Part shown: positions 37,885-48,088 of the stretch, piece by piece
Position numbering within the stretch: position 1 is the first letter of the stretch
Layout: each line of letters opens with the position of its first letter
NCBI GenBank assembly: GCA_039630545.1
Contig: JBCNUU010000002.1
Location: 31,984 to 95,983 of the forward strand
Source of the DNA: Endomicrobiia bacterium
Lineage (GTDB): Bacteria > Elusimicrobiota > Endomicrobiia > DTEH01
Length of the DNA: 64,000 nucleotides
Direction: 5' to 3'
Position numbers and translations under genes: made by a program
The notes under the pieces: model-generated
Databases searched by the model: none
Seen by the model: the letters and a program-made list of their open reading frames with translations, nothing else
Told to the model about the DNA's origin: nothing

Positions 37885-39708
37885 ATGAAAAATTTTATTA
37901 TTTTAGCTTTTGTAGTTACTACATTTGCTTTAAAAATACATCCCACAGTTATCCATCTCTCCGGAAAAAGAATTAAAAATCAACCAAAAAGTAAAGTAAA
38001 AATTTATAATAAACTTTCATCTTATGAATTTAACCAGTCAATTTTCAAAGTAGAACCATTAAATACTACAGGGAAGAAAAAAATTGCAGTAATAGTTGTA
38101 GACTTTCCTGATAAAAGTTTTTCTTATGGCTGGCATGAACAAGCAAATGAAACATTTTCTCAATTTGTGAATTACTATTTAGAGGTTTCCTACAATAAAT
38201 TTCAGCTTGATTATACATTTTTTTATGATGGTGGTACTACCAAAACATTAACGGGGCAGGAACATCCATATAGACTGTCAAATAATATGGAATATTATGG
38301 ACAAGATACAGAAGAAAGTTTATCTCAACTAATAAAAGATGCGATTTTAGCTGCTGGGACAGAAGTAAATAAATTAAACTATGATTATGTAATGGTATTA
38401 CATGCAGGTTACGGCAACGAATCTACCAACAACTCAGAAGATATCTGGTCTGTATATATTGACTGGGAGATCCCAATAAATGGTTTCACAGATGGTACTA
38501 TAGTTCCTGAAAAAGAGTATGGAGCTTCTCCTGTAGGTGTAGTATGTCATGAGTTTGCTCATCAACTGGGTCTTCCTGATCTTTATTACGACCAGGAAAG
38601 CATTGTGGGTTGCTGGTGTTTGATGGATAATGGTGTATGGTTAGGAAATCCCCAAGGTTCAAAACCATCGCATTTATGTTGTTGGGCAAAGTATTTTTTA
38701 GGCTGGATTGATGTAAAAGTTGTTTCCTCAACTTTAAAAAATGTTTATTTAGAAAATATAGAAACTTCTTCTACTGCCATAAAAGTAAAAATACTGACAG
38801 CAAATAATCCAGATAAAGAATATTTTTTGTTAGAATATAGAACAAAAACAGGCTTTAACGAAGGACTTCCTGGAAGTGGACTTTTGATATGGAGAATAGA
38901 TGATGAGATAGCCACATCACCTGTAAGATTAAAAAATAATGACATTAATTCAGGAACACCTCATTTAGGTGTAGACTTAATAGCTGCCGATAGAAGTGTT
39001 TATGGGAAAAATAAAAACGACGCGGGAGACCCTTTTCCAGGAAGCAGTAATGCAGCTAACTTTATACCTCAGTATTATAATATAGTTGCCTACAACGGTC
39101 AGCCTATAAATGTTAACATAACAGAAATTACTCCTCTTATTAACTTTGTTAAGTTTAACATAGTATCAGTGTCCGGCTTATTAGTAAAGGCAACAACTTT
39201 GGATGGGACTCTTTTAAGTAATGTAAAAGTCAATGTTTACAATAATTGGTATTCTACTTTCAGTTTTACATCAAATGGTTTTTGTATGATAGAACTTTCA
39301 ACTGGGATCTGGAATTTACATTGTAACCTGGAGAATTATCTGGAATATAAAGACAACTTTGTAGTATATGAAGATAGATTAACTTTAAAAGATATTTTTT
39401 TAAGATATGATCCAAGATTAGTATTAAACAAAAATGAGTTTGTTGTTGGAAACAATTATGCTGACATTAATAAATTTTCTAAAATTTCTTTCAGGTATAA
39501 AATCAATTCGCCTTCAGAAGTAAAAATTATGATATTTGATTTATATGGTAATTTGATAAAAATGATCCAAAAATATCATTCTTTGGAAGGATGTTATGAA
39601 GAATTAATAGATGTAAACGAAGAAAAACAACTATCTTCAGGATTGTATTTTGTGTGTTTTAAATCAAATGATACAACTATTATAGAGAAATTCATAATTC
39701 AAAAATGA
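37885..39708 (+). CDS. M6-family (immune inhibitor A-like) metalloprotease with T9SS-CTD-like C-terminus
   Basis: VDFPD, HAG, HEFAHQLGLPDLY, WCLMDNG, EYFLLEYR, GLLIWRID; C-terminus IFDLYGNLIK...LSSGLYFV...EKFIIQK. Confidence 0.88.
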   Translation: MKNFIILAFVVTTFALKIHPTVIHLSGKRIKNQPKSKVKIYNKLSSYEFNQSIFKVEPLNTTGKKKIAVIVVDFPDKSFSYGWHEQANETFSQFVNYYLEVSYNKFQLDYTFFYDGGTTKTLTGQEHPYRLSNNMEYYGQDTEESLSQLIKDAILAAGTEVNKLNYDYVMVLHAGYGNESTNNSEDIWSVYIDWEIPINGFTDGTIVPEKEYGASPVGVVCHEFAHQLGLPDLYYDQESIVGCWCLMDNGVWLGNPQGSKPSHLCCWAKYFLGWIDVKVVSSTLKNVYLENIETSSTAIKVKILTANNPDKEYFLLEYRTKTGFNEGLPGSGLLIWRIDDEIATSPVRLKNNDINSGTPHLGVDLIAADRSVYGKNKNDAGDPFPGSSNAANFIPQYYNIVAYNGQPINVNITEITPLINFVKFNIVSVSGLLVKATTLDGTLLSNVKVNVYNNWYSTFSFTSNGFCMIELSTGIWNLHCNLENYLEYKDNFVVYEDRLTLKDIFLRYDPRLVLNKNEFVVGNNYADINKFSKISFRYKINSPSEVKIMIFDLYGNLIKMIQKYHSLEGCYEELIDVNEEKQLSSGLYFVCFKSNDTTIIEKFIIQK

Positions 39709-40598
39709 ATAGAATCAACAAATTACTTTTTATAACTTTATTATTGATTTATTTTAACAGAATATATCCTGACACCAGCACAATAAATATACCTACCTGT
39801 AAAACAATTGGGTTAGCAAATGAAGTTTCTACTGTAGATAATAGTGGGTTTAGTATAATAACTAATCCCTCATTATTAAGTGACTTAAAAAATTTCTATA
39901 GTTTTGAATATGCTAAAATCTTCTACTATAGCAAAACTACTTATGATCTTTTGAGTATAGCTTCAAACACTTTCAACAAAATTGGGATAGGATTAGTTTT
40001 TGGAAGATTTTCTTCTGGTGAAATACAAATAAGAAATATAGATGGCATTTTAACAGGAGAATCATTTGAATATATGTATAGTATGTTCTCTTTAGGAGTT
40101 GGTGTAAAACTAATAGATGATATTTATCAAACTTTCCAGGCAGGTTTTAGCGGTTATACTTTTTTAGAAAAGATATATTCAGATAAAATATATTTTGGGT
40201 TTAATAACGGTGTAGCTTATGATTTAAAATTTAAAAATAAATTCCTGAAGTTATTAAGAATAGGCATTGTGATAAAAAAGTTAAGCATAAGCAAAAATTT
40301 TGTTTATAATATAGGCTTGGGATTAAAACTTCCAGAAAGCATGTTAATGGTAGGATATGAGGACATATTTCCTGAAGGAGCAACAAAATACAGAATTTCT
40401 TCTTCCTTTAATGTTTATACTTCAAAAGATTTTAAGAAGGTTCTTAAATTAAATTTAGGTTATGTGTTTAATTCAGATGTTTATAATATAAGCAGTGGAA
40501 TAGAACTTGAAGTTTATAACTTTTTAATATCATATTCATACAGCACTCATAAATATTTAAGTTCTATTTCTGCTATTCAGATAAGTTTTTTATACTAA
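39705..40598 (+). CDS. Divergent PorV/PorQ-like outer-membrane beta-barrel protein
   Basis: Signal peptide; KTIGLANEVSTVDNSGFSIITNPSLL resembles the PorV N-terminal motif; alternating beta strands; aromatic C-terminus QISFLY. Confidence 0.6.
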   Translation: MNRINKLLFITLLLIYFNRIYPDTSTINIPTCKTIGLANEVSTVDNSGFSIITNPSLLSDLKNFYSFEYAKIFYYSKTTYDLLSIASNTFNKIGIGLVFGRFSSGEIQIRNIDGILTGESFEYMYSMFSLGVGVKLIDDIYQTFQAGFSGYTFLEKIYSDKIYFGFNNGVAYDLKFKNKFLKLLRIGIVIKKLSISKNFVYNIGLGLKLPESMLMVGYEDIFPEGATKYRISSSFNVYTSKDFKKVLKLNLGYVFNSDVYNISSGIELEVYNFLISYSYSTHKYLSSISAIQISFLY

Positions 40599-40602
40599 AA
40601 TT

Positions 40603-41682
40603 TTATCTAATTTTTATATATAAAAAAATTCCTATTAATAGAAACAAAAAATTAGCACTCCAGACAAAAATATAGTGTAAAACTCCAATTTCACATAAAG
40701 ATTTCAAAATTGATAGAATTACCCAGTAAATCACCAAAATTATCATCGTATATAAAAAACTTATAAGATTGCTATATTTCGCCTTAGAAATTTGTCCCAG
40801 AGGAATAGCAAAAAGTATAACAATAAAATTTAAAAAAGATATAACATATCTAAACTGAACTTCTGTTAAAAATCTTGCAGGAGAGTCACCTTTATATTTT
40901 ACAAATTCAATTATTTTTTTTAGTTCTTTTATGCTTTTTTGGTCTAATTGCATATTGTGATAATCATGCTGGAAATCTTCAATATTTATAGACAAAAAAT
41001 ATTTATAAGAAGAAATTTTTGTTTGAGAAATGTATTTATTTTTAAAATATTTATAAATTATGCAATTTCTTAACTCTACTATGCCATTTTTCTTTATACC
41101 ATAAGGAGAGAACATAAAGTATTCTAAAAAATTGTCTTTAAATTTTTCAACTAACCAATTTTTTATAGTTTTGTTTTTTACATCGTATTCACCTATATAT
41201 ATATAAACATTATTACTGCTATCATGGTAAAATAAATTTTTAAGCACATGTTCAATTTTAGGAATTTTTTTAATTTTAGTATCAAAAAATATCTGAGCTT
41301 TACTGAAAAGTCTTGTAGCCAGATTTTCATAGGTGTAAAAAGAAATAATACTAAAAATTATACCTATAATTGCTAAAAACATAAAGAAATTTCTTGTATT
41401 AACACCTAAAGTTTTAATAGAAATAAGTTCCTGCGTATACTGTAAATGGGTAATTAAAAGTAAAGTTGTCAACATAAGTGTAATAGGTAATGTTTGGACA
41501 AACCACAAAGGTATATGCAAAAACAAATAATAAGAAATATAAAAATAAGATGTTTTATGTGTAATAAAATCTGGCAGCCTCCAAAAAAATTCAGACAAAG
41601 CAAAAATCAAAATTAAAAATAAACTTACAGGAATAAATATTCTAAAAAATTCTAATATAATATATTTTCTTAACACTTTCAT
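40603..41682 (-). CDS. lptG: LPS export ABC permease, LptF/LptG family (LptG-like)
   Basis: 3 TMs + periplasmic domain + 3 TMs; TLPITLML, ELISIKTLGV, WSANFLF. Confidence 0.8.
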   Translation of the reverse strand: MKVLRKYIILEFFRIFIPVSLFLILIFALSEFFWRLPDFITHKTSYFYISYYLFLHIPLWFVQTLPITLMLTTLLLITHLQYTQELISIKTLGVNTRNFFMFLAIIGIIFSIISFYTYENLATRLFSKAQIFFDTKIKKIPKIEHVLKNLFYHDSSNNVYIYIGEYDVKNKTIKNWLVEKFKDNFLEYFMFSPYGIKKNGIVELRNCIIYKYFKNKYISQTKISSYKYFLSINIEDFQHDYHNMQLDQKSIKELKKIIEFVKYKGDSPARFLTEVQFRYVISFLNFIVILFAIPLGQISKAKYSNLISFLYTMIILVIYWVILSILKSLCEIGVLHYIFVWSANFLFLLIGIFLYIKIR

Positions 41683-42785
41683 ATTTTTACTTTCTGAATT
41701 ATAGATATTACACCACAGATTAAAAGTATAACAAAATTAGGAAGATTCATTATTAAACCAATTATTTCAAACGATAAAGGTAAGGTTTCTACTCTTTCTA
41801 TTATAGTTAAACTTGTAGAAAGAATAAAGTAGTATATCAAAATTATTAATAAAGAAGCCACGAAACTTAATGATTTTGCATTTTTTTGGATTATAGAACC
41901 TATCAAAACACCAATAAACAAAAAAAATATAACACTAAAAGATAAAGTATATCTTAAAAAATACTCCGATAAAACTAATTTTTTATATTTTGATAAATTA
42001 GAGTTGTTAAATTCTTCAATAAGTTCTTTGTTATTCATTTCTCTAAAAGTTTTATTATATGGAACAAATTTATTAAATTCTGATTTATAAACAGGAAATT
42101 TATAATGTTTAAAGGATAAAGTTAAAATTTCATTATGTAATTGAAAATTCAAAATATTCATTTTACCTTCCAATAAATAAAGAATAACATTTCCTTGAGG
42201 GTCTGTGCGAATATTAGCTTCTTTTGCATAAATAGTTTGCAATATATTCCCGTCTATTAAATTGTGAATATAAATACCATAAGCGTTGTTTTTGTAAACT
42301 TTTTTTGTAAAAATTTTTTTATTTTCTAAATTTACAACCCCATTGTCCTGGAAATTAATAAATGGTTTAGAAATTATTTGTTTGAAATATATAAATTTGA
42401 AATTTTTATAACTTTCAGGGACTATATATGCATTGAAATACATAAGAATCACTGCAATGATTATAGAGATCAAAAATAAATTTTTGGTGTAATAGGTTTT
42501 ATCTAACCCCATAGTATGTAAGGTTAAAAGTTCTCTGTGTTCATTCAATAAAGATAAACACATGATTGTGGATAATAAAAAAGTTATAGGAACAGTCAAA
42601 GATACTACTGATGGCATAAGGTGGAAAAATAGATTTAAAATTATAGACAAATCAGGGCGATGTAAAAATAAAGTATTAAGTATCTGGTAAAGATAATTTA
42701 AAAAAATCAAAAAAGCAATAATAAACAAATAAGTTAAAAAAGTAGAAAAGAAACTTAAAGTTATATATTTATTTATTGTCTTCAT
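41679..42785 (-). CDS. lptF: LPS export ABC permease, LptF/LptG family (LptF-like)
   Basis: LMPSVVSLTVP, RELLTLHTMGL, NAYIVP, NLPN; first of a tandem LptF/G pair. Confidence 0.8.
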   Translation of the reverse strand: MKTINKYITLSFFSTFLTYLFIIAFLIFLNYLYQILNTLFLHRPDLSIILNLFFHLMPSVVSLTVPITFLLSTIMCLSLLNEHRELLTLHTMGLDKTYYTKNLFLISIIIAVILMYFNAYIVPESYKNFKFIYFKQIISKPFINFQDNGVVNLENKKIFTKKVYKNNAYGIYIHNLIDGNILQTIYAKEANIRTDPQGNVILYLLEGKMNILNFQLHNEILTLSFKHYKFPVYKSEFNKFVPYNKTFREMNNKELIEEFNNSNLSKYKKLVLSEYFLRYTLSFSVIFFLFIGVLIGSIIQKNAKSLSFVASLLIILIYYFILSTSLTIIERVETLPLSFEIIGLIMNLPNFVILLICGVISIIQKVKI

Positions 42786-42862
42786 TGTTGGTTATTTTTG
42801 AAAAATATACAAAAATTACATAAAAAATTGTATAAATATTTAAATTTTTAATTTTAAAATCT

Positions 42863-45800
42863 ATGATCTATAGAAAAATTTTATTTACTCTGGGATTGCT
42901 ATTAATCTGCAACACTACTTATTTAATCTTTGCACAACTAAATATAGAAATAAGCAGTGAAACTGAACCAGGCAATAATATTTTTAAATTTGACCAGAAA
43001 AGATGGAATATTGTAAGGGACGCCATAGAAAAAGGAATAAATCTTTATGAAGAAACAAAATCAACTGTTTCTGCCACAAGACCTCCAGTTGTAACACCTA
43101 CTACTATAGAATTTATGGAAGGAACTCAACTTTCTATTGCAGGAAGGAAACTTATAGGAATGGAAATAAAAAATATAAATTATCCTTACAGACCAGAATA
43201 CAGCAGAACAGATGTAAATATGAAACAAGAACTTCAGGTAAGTGTAAAAGGAAAAGTTGGTAAAAATGTAGATGTCAACATAGATATTGATGACACCCAA
43301 CCGGATAAAAGAGACATTTCTATTATATACAGAGGTGAAGGCGTAGATGTCACTCCCGGAACTGTAGGATATAAAGCAAAACCAGGAGCATTTATTCAAG
43401 AAATAGCTTTTGGAGATATTCAGTTAAGCATCCCTAATACTGAATTTGTTGGTTATTCCAGACAGGTATTTGGAATTAAAGCTACCGGTCAATATAAAAA
43501 TGCTAAATTATATTTGATTGCATCACAATCGAAAGGTAATTTTGAAACTAAAAGATTTACAGGAAAATTAGAATTTGAAAGAAAAATTTTATTTGATACT
43601 TCATATATCCGCAGAAAATACTATAAAGTTGCTTTCAGTAACCATAAAATAAAAAAAGATTCTTTAAAAATATTTATAGACACACTGGATCCACAAAGAG
43701 ATCCTGCCACTTTAGTTACTCTTACTGCAGAAGCTTTTGGTATATCTACTTTTACTTATACAGGTAAGTTTGAACAATTGGCACCTGGGAGAGATTTTAT
43801 TGTGGATTACGCTAAAGGAATTGTGACTTTTACACTTCCTTTTAGAAACATACAACCAAACTGGATTATTGCTGTAGATTATATAGATGAAAATACAAAC
43901 CTAACTTTAAGAGAACTTGCTGGTACAACAAATTACATTTTGATTAAGGACAAAGAAGAAATAATTACTACAGAATTATTAAACAGATATTCAATAGGAA
44001 AAACCAACATAGTAAGAGATGATGGTACAGGAAATTTTTTGTTGAAAATAACTGATAAAAGTCAACGCATTTTAGATCCTCTTTTAGACAAAATTCAACC
44101 TGGAGAAAAACCAGTTCCTGTTTACAAAATTGGAAACACAGGAGATATAATAGTAGATTTTGAAAATGGTGAGTTTTATTTCATATCAGAAAAACCTTTT
44201 GCTGATGATTGTTATGATAAAAACCCTATAAGCAGATATGACATTTTGTTAGAGTATAGATACAGAATAAAAACTTATTTTTTGAAACCTTTTATGGTTC
44301 CATATTCAGAGAAAATAACAATAGATGGTCGTCTTCTACAACGAAATATTGACTACTGGATAGATTATGATTCTGGATTTATCACATTTTTAAAAGAGGA
44401 AATAATTACAGAAACCAGTATAATAGAAGCAAGCTATGAATATAGTATGTTAGGTCTTCAGGGTGGAGAAACTCTTGCAGGTGGAAGAATAGAACTTCCT
44501 CTACATAGTAAATTTTTTATAGGAGGCAGCTGGATAGGTAATTTACCATCTAAAGGCACAAATGTTCCTGATACTAGAAATACTCCAAGTTCTTTACAAT
44601 TATGGGAAACAGATGCAAGATTAGTTAATATAAAATTACCATTTGTGCCATTTACTGTTAATACTATTTCTGGAGAATATGCAGAAAATGAAAAAAATCC
44701 TAACATATGGGATAAAGCAGTGGTTGAAAATATGGAAGGTATTACTTTAGAAGATAGCGTTTCTCTATATAGACATATGTGGTATTATGCAGGCTGTAGT
44801 GATATTTATATTCCAGGAAAATATGACGAAAAATTAGACAAATTAGTAGGAGGAGAACTTTCCTGGGAAAATGAAGAACTACCAACCAGAGAAATAAATC
44901 CTAATAGAGAAACTACACTGGAAAAACAACAAGTTTTAAAAATAAATTATAATCTATATGCTTCTTCAGAAGTTGCTTTAGGTTATACATTTTCAAAAAC
45001 AGGTTTAGATTTTACAAAAAAAATGTATATTGAAATAGAATATTTCAGTGAGCCAACAGGAGCAGAATTGTATTTAGATCTTGGACATTTTAATGAAGAT
45101 ATTGACAATGACGGAATTTTAGACACAGAAGATATAAATCTTAACGGAAGGTTAGATTTAAATGAAGATACAGGCTTTGAATATAACAGAAAAAATGAAA
45201 AATTTTTTATTGGAGATAAAAATGGGAAGTTAGACACAGAAGATTTTGATGGTGACGGGGTTTTGCAAACTGCTGATAAAATTGCAGGTAGTTTTAAAAT
45301 ATCTGATCTTAATTTTTCAGGCTGGAAATCAACTATTGTGGTGGTAGAAATAAATAACAAAGCTTTATGGAGTTCTGTGAAAAATTTAAAATTAAGAATA
45401 AAAGGAAACAATAAATCTGGTGTTTTAAAAATTGCAAAAATTTCTGTAGTTGGCAATAAATTCGAAGTTTTAACACCAAAAAATACAAAAATTTTTGCCG
45501 TGAATAACGAAAATGACCCTTCTTATAAAAAACTTACAGAACTTGAAGAATATTCTTCAATTTATGGTAGTATGTACCAACAGACAAGAATAGAACAATC
45601 TTTAGCTATAGAATATCAATTTGACAATTTATATTCTTCTTCTGTAATAAATGTATTATATTCATACAAACAGGATTACTCAAACCATCACAATTTTAAT
45701 TTTTTTATATTTAATAAAACGAATAATACACTTATTTTAAAACTCCGCCTATATACAGATCCCAGCAATTATTTAGAATATTCAACAACTACAGCTATTC

Positions 45801-48064
45801 TGGCAGTAACTGACTGGATTAAATTTACTATTGAACAGGTAGATATTAACAAAGACAGCATTCCTGACGAATGGATAATTCCTTTAAACAGTCCAACCGG
45901 AGGAATTTGTAAAAAAATTGGCAATCCAACTCTTCAAGCAATAACAAAATTAGAAATAATTTTAGAAAATCCTTTAACAATATCTCAAAGAGGAGTTATA
46001 TATATAAATGATATCTACCTCTCGGATAGCTGGAAAATAAAAGGGATAGCTAGAAAACTGGACTTAAATTTCAGTATTTCTGACTGGATAAATTTTGGAT
46101 CCACCTATAGATCAGTAGATAGAAAGTTTGAAACATTTACTTCAGCTGTAACTAACCAAGATAACTCTTCTGTTTCCAGTTTCTTTAATTTTTCAAAATT
46201 TAAATTCTTGCCGATAAATTTTCAGGGAAGACAAACCTACACTATAACCCCTTCTGCCTTAAAAGCAGGAGAATTAATTTCAAAATATGAAGAAGGTAAA
46301 AGAATATCTACAGAAGGAAGCTTAAATATCAATATGCTATTTTCTAAACTTCCTTCAATAAATTTTAATTATTCAAAATCAATTACTTCTGCTACTATTT
46401 TATCAAGGACAGATTTAAAAGACAACCTTCGTATAACATTTAACTACAAAAATCCTTTAAGTAGATACTTACCCGTAGAAAATCTTTCTTTAACATATGG
46501 CGAAGAAAAACTTTTGTTATATCCTTGGGAAATAAATTACTCTACTTCATTTCCATTCCTGGACAATACAAAATTTTCTAATTTAAGCTTACCTTTTAAT
46601 TTCTGGAATAAACTCAAATTAAACTTAAATGTGGGTACCAAGAATACATTTTCTGAACTAAGAAGGTTTAACTATGATATAAATAGAGACATAACTATTC
46701 CTTCGTTATACAACGATGTTAACATTGTTGATTATTATAGCAAACTTACATTTTTCACTTTATACAATTTCCAAAAAACATATCAGATGTATTATACTAC
46801 TTATTCAATAGTGATAAGTTCATATGAAAAAAGGAACGAAAACAATTTTGCTTTAGAGTCAACAATTAACATAGTTCCTTTTTTAACTCCTGTTTTAGGA
46901 TACAAGATTGATGTAATTGAAGATTACAATTTCCCAATTTCAGATAAAAAAGATATAACAAGAAACTCAAACGGTAACTTTAATATTAGTTTTTCTCCAA
47001 GAGATGTTGTCAAACTGAAATATTTCAACACACTAAGATTAAACTATAATTTCTCTTTAACCGGAGCAGATAAATACGAGAAAATTCCAAAAAGTATTTA
47101 TACACTAAGTATTTATGATTTCAAGAATTTAGATCTTTTGTGGTATAAATTTGAAATAGCTACATATACAATTCTAAGAACAAGAATGTTAGAAAGAAAA
47201 GAACAGAAACTCAATACTTCATGGAAAATATTTGAAGGTTTTAATTTTAAACGACCTATTTCATTTCTTACCAAAACCGATATGAATCTTTCTTATTCTG
47301 ATGCTTTAGAAGAAAAGGAAGAAACGCAGACAAAAACAATTACTTACACCAAAGTCTGGCCTGATATGACTTATACCTTTTATGGGTTTGAAGAGATTTT
47401 AGATTATTTTTTTAAAAAAAGAAAAGTATTAAAAGATACAAAATTAGATATAACCTACACATATAGAACTACAGAAATAGAAAAAATTAGTTTAGAACAA
47501 AACATCAGACATAGAGAAATGATAAGTTTTATTTTGTTTGAAAATTACAATATATTGTCAAGTTATGAAAAAATATATACAGACAGTTATAATTTTTTGT
47601 TAAAATTAAAAACTCTATATTCTTTTACAGATATTATTAGCTTACAAGTAGGTCTGCCATTTTTTGGTCAAAGACTTACCCCAAGATATGAATATAAAAA
47701 AGAGTACTCAAAAGATGCAAGGGGACTTCCTACAAAAGATATTACAACTAACAGCTTCAGTGTATCTTACTATGCTGATTTAGTTCCTCAACAAGGTGGA
47801 ATTATACTTTTAGGAAAAAAAATACCCTTACAGAATAGGTTGAGGATAAACTCAACATTAAATTTTGTTCATAAAGAAAGTCCTATAGACATATCCAGAA
47901 ACAACACTGATAATTTAGGGTTTACTATAAGAGGTGATTATGATATATCAAAATATATTAATATAACTTTAGGTTTAGGCACAGATGTAAACATTAATCG
48001 TGTAGTAAAGACAGAAACAAATTATAGTTTAAGCATCCACGGTCAGGTAATCATAAGATTTTAA
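42863..48064 (+). CDS. SprA/Sov-like giant outer-membrane protein (T9SS translocon homolog)
   Basis: Signal peptide; QELQVSVKGKVG..VDVNID, IQEIAFGDIQLS....F.GYSRQVFGIK...IASQSKG, SEKITIDG..LQRNIDYWIDYDSGFITF, LYLDLGHFNED, LDTEDFDGDG; C-terminal Phe. Confidence 0.75.
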   Translation: MIYRKILFTLGLLLICNTTYLIFAQLNIEISSETEPGNNIFKFDQKRWNIVRDAIEKGINLYEETKSTVSATRPPVVTPTTIEFMEGTQLSIAGRKLIGMEIKNINYPYRPEYSRTDVNMKQELQVSVKGKVGKNVDVNIDIDDTQPDKRDISIIYRGEGVDVTPGTVGYKAKPGAFIQEIAFGDIQLSIPNTEFVGYSRQVFGIKATGQYKNAKLYLIASQSKGNFETKRFTGKLEFERKILFDTSYIRRKYYKVAFSNHKIKKDSLKIFIDTLDPQRDPATLVTLTAEAFGISTFTYTGKFEQLAPGRDFIVDYAKGIVTFTLPFRNIQPNWIIAVDYIDENTNLTLRELAGTTNYILIKDKEEIITTELLNRYSIGKTNIVRDDGTGNFLLKITDKSQRILDPLLDKIQPGEKPVPVYKIGNTGDIIVDFENGEFYFISEKPFADDCYDKNPISRYDILLEYRYRIKTYFLKPFMVPYSEKITIDGRLLQRNIDYWIDYDSGFITFLKEEIITETSIIEASYEYSMLGLQGGETLAGGRIELPLHSKFFIGGSWIGNLPSKGTNVPDTRNTPSSLQLWETDARLVNIKLPFVPFTVNTISGEYAENEKNPNIWDKAVVENMEGITLEDSVSLYRHMWYYAGCSDIYIPGKYDEKLDKLVGGELSWENEELPTREINPNRETTLEKQQVLKINYNLYASSEVALGYTFSKTGLDFTKKMYIEIEYFSEPTGAELYLDLGHFNEDIDNDGILDTEDINLNGRLDLNEDTGFEYNRKNEKFFIGDKNGKLDTEDFDGDGVLQTADKIAGSFKISDLNFSGWKSTIVVVEINNKALWSSVKNLKLRIKGNNKSGVLKIAKISVVGNKFEVLTPKNTKIFAVNNENDPSYKKLTELEEYSSIYGSMYQQTRIEQSLAIEYQFDNLYSSSVINVLYSYKQDYSNHHNFNFFIFNKTNNTLILKLRLYTDPSNYLEYSTTTAILAVTDWIKFTIEQVDINKDSIPDEWIIPLNSPTGGICKKIGNPTLQAITKLEIILENPLTISQRGVIYINDIYLSDSWKIKGIARKLDLNFSISDWINFGSTYRSVDRKFETFTSAVTNQDNSSVSSFFNFSKFKFLPINFQGRQTYTITPSALKAGELISKYEEGKRISTEGSLNINMLFSKLPSINFNYSKSITSATILSRTDLKDNLRITFNYKNPLSRYLPVENLSLTYGEEKLLLYPWEINYSTSFPFLDNTKFSNLSLPFNFWNKLKLNLNVGTKNTFSELRRFNYDINRDITIPSLYNDVNIVDYYSKLTFFTLYNFQKTYQMYYTTYSIVISSYEKRNENNFALESTINIVPFLTPVLGYKIDVIEDYNFPISDKKDITRNSNGNFNISFSPRDVVKLKYFNTLRLNYNFSLTGADKYEKIPKSIYTLSIYDFKNLDLLWYKFEIATYTILRTRMLERKEQKLNTSWKIFEGFNFKRPISFLTKTDMNLSYSDALEEKEETQTKTITYTKVWPDMTYTFYGFEEILDYFFKKRKVLKDTKLDITYTYRTTEIEKISLEQNIRHREMISFILFENYNILSSYEKIYTDSYNFLLKLKTLYSFTDIISLQVGLPFFGQRLTPRYEYKKEYSKDARGLPTKDITTNSFSVSYYADLVPQQGGIILLGKKIPLQNRLRINSTLNFVHKESPIDISRNNTDNLGFTIRGDYDISKYINITLGLGTDVNINRVVKTETNYSLSIHGQVIIRF

Positions 48065-48088
48065 TAGTTAATAGAAGGAGGTTATACT

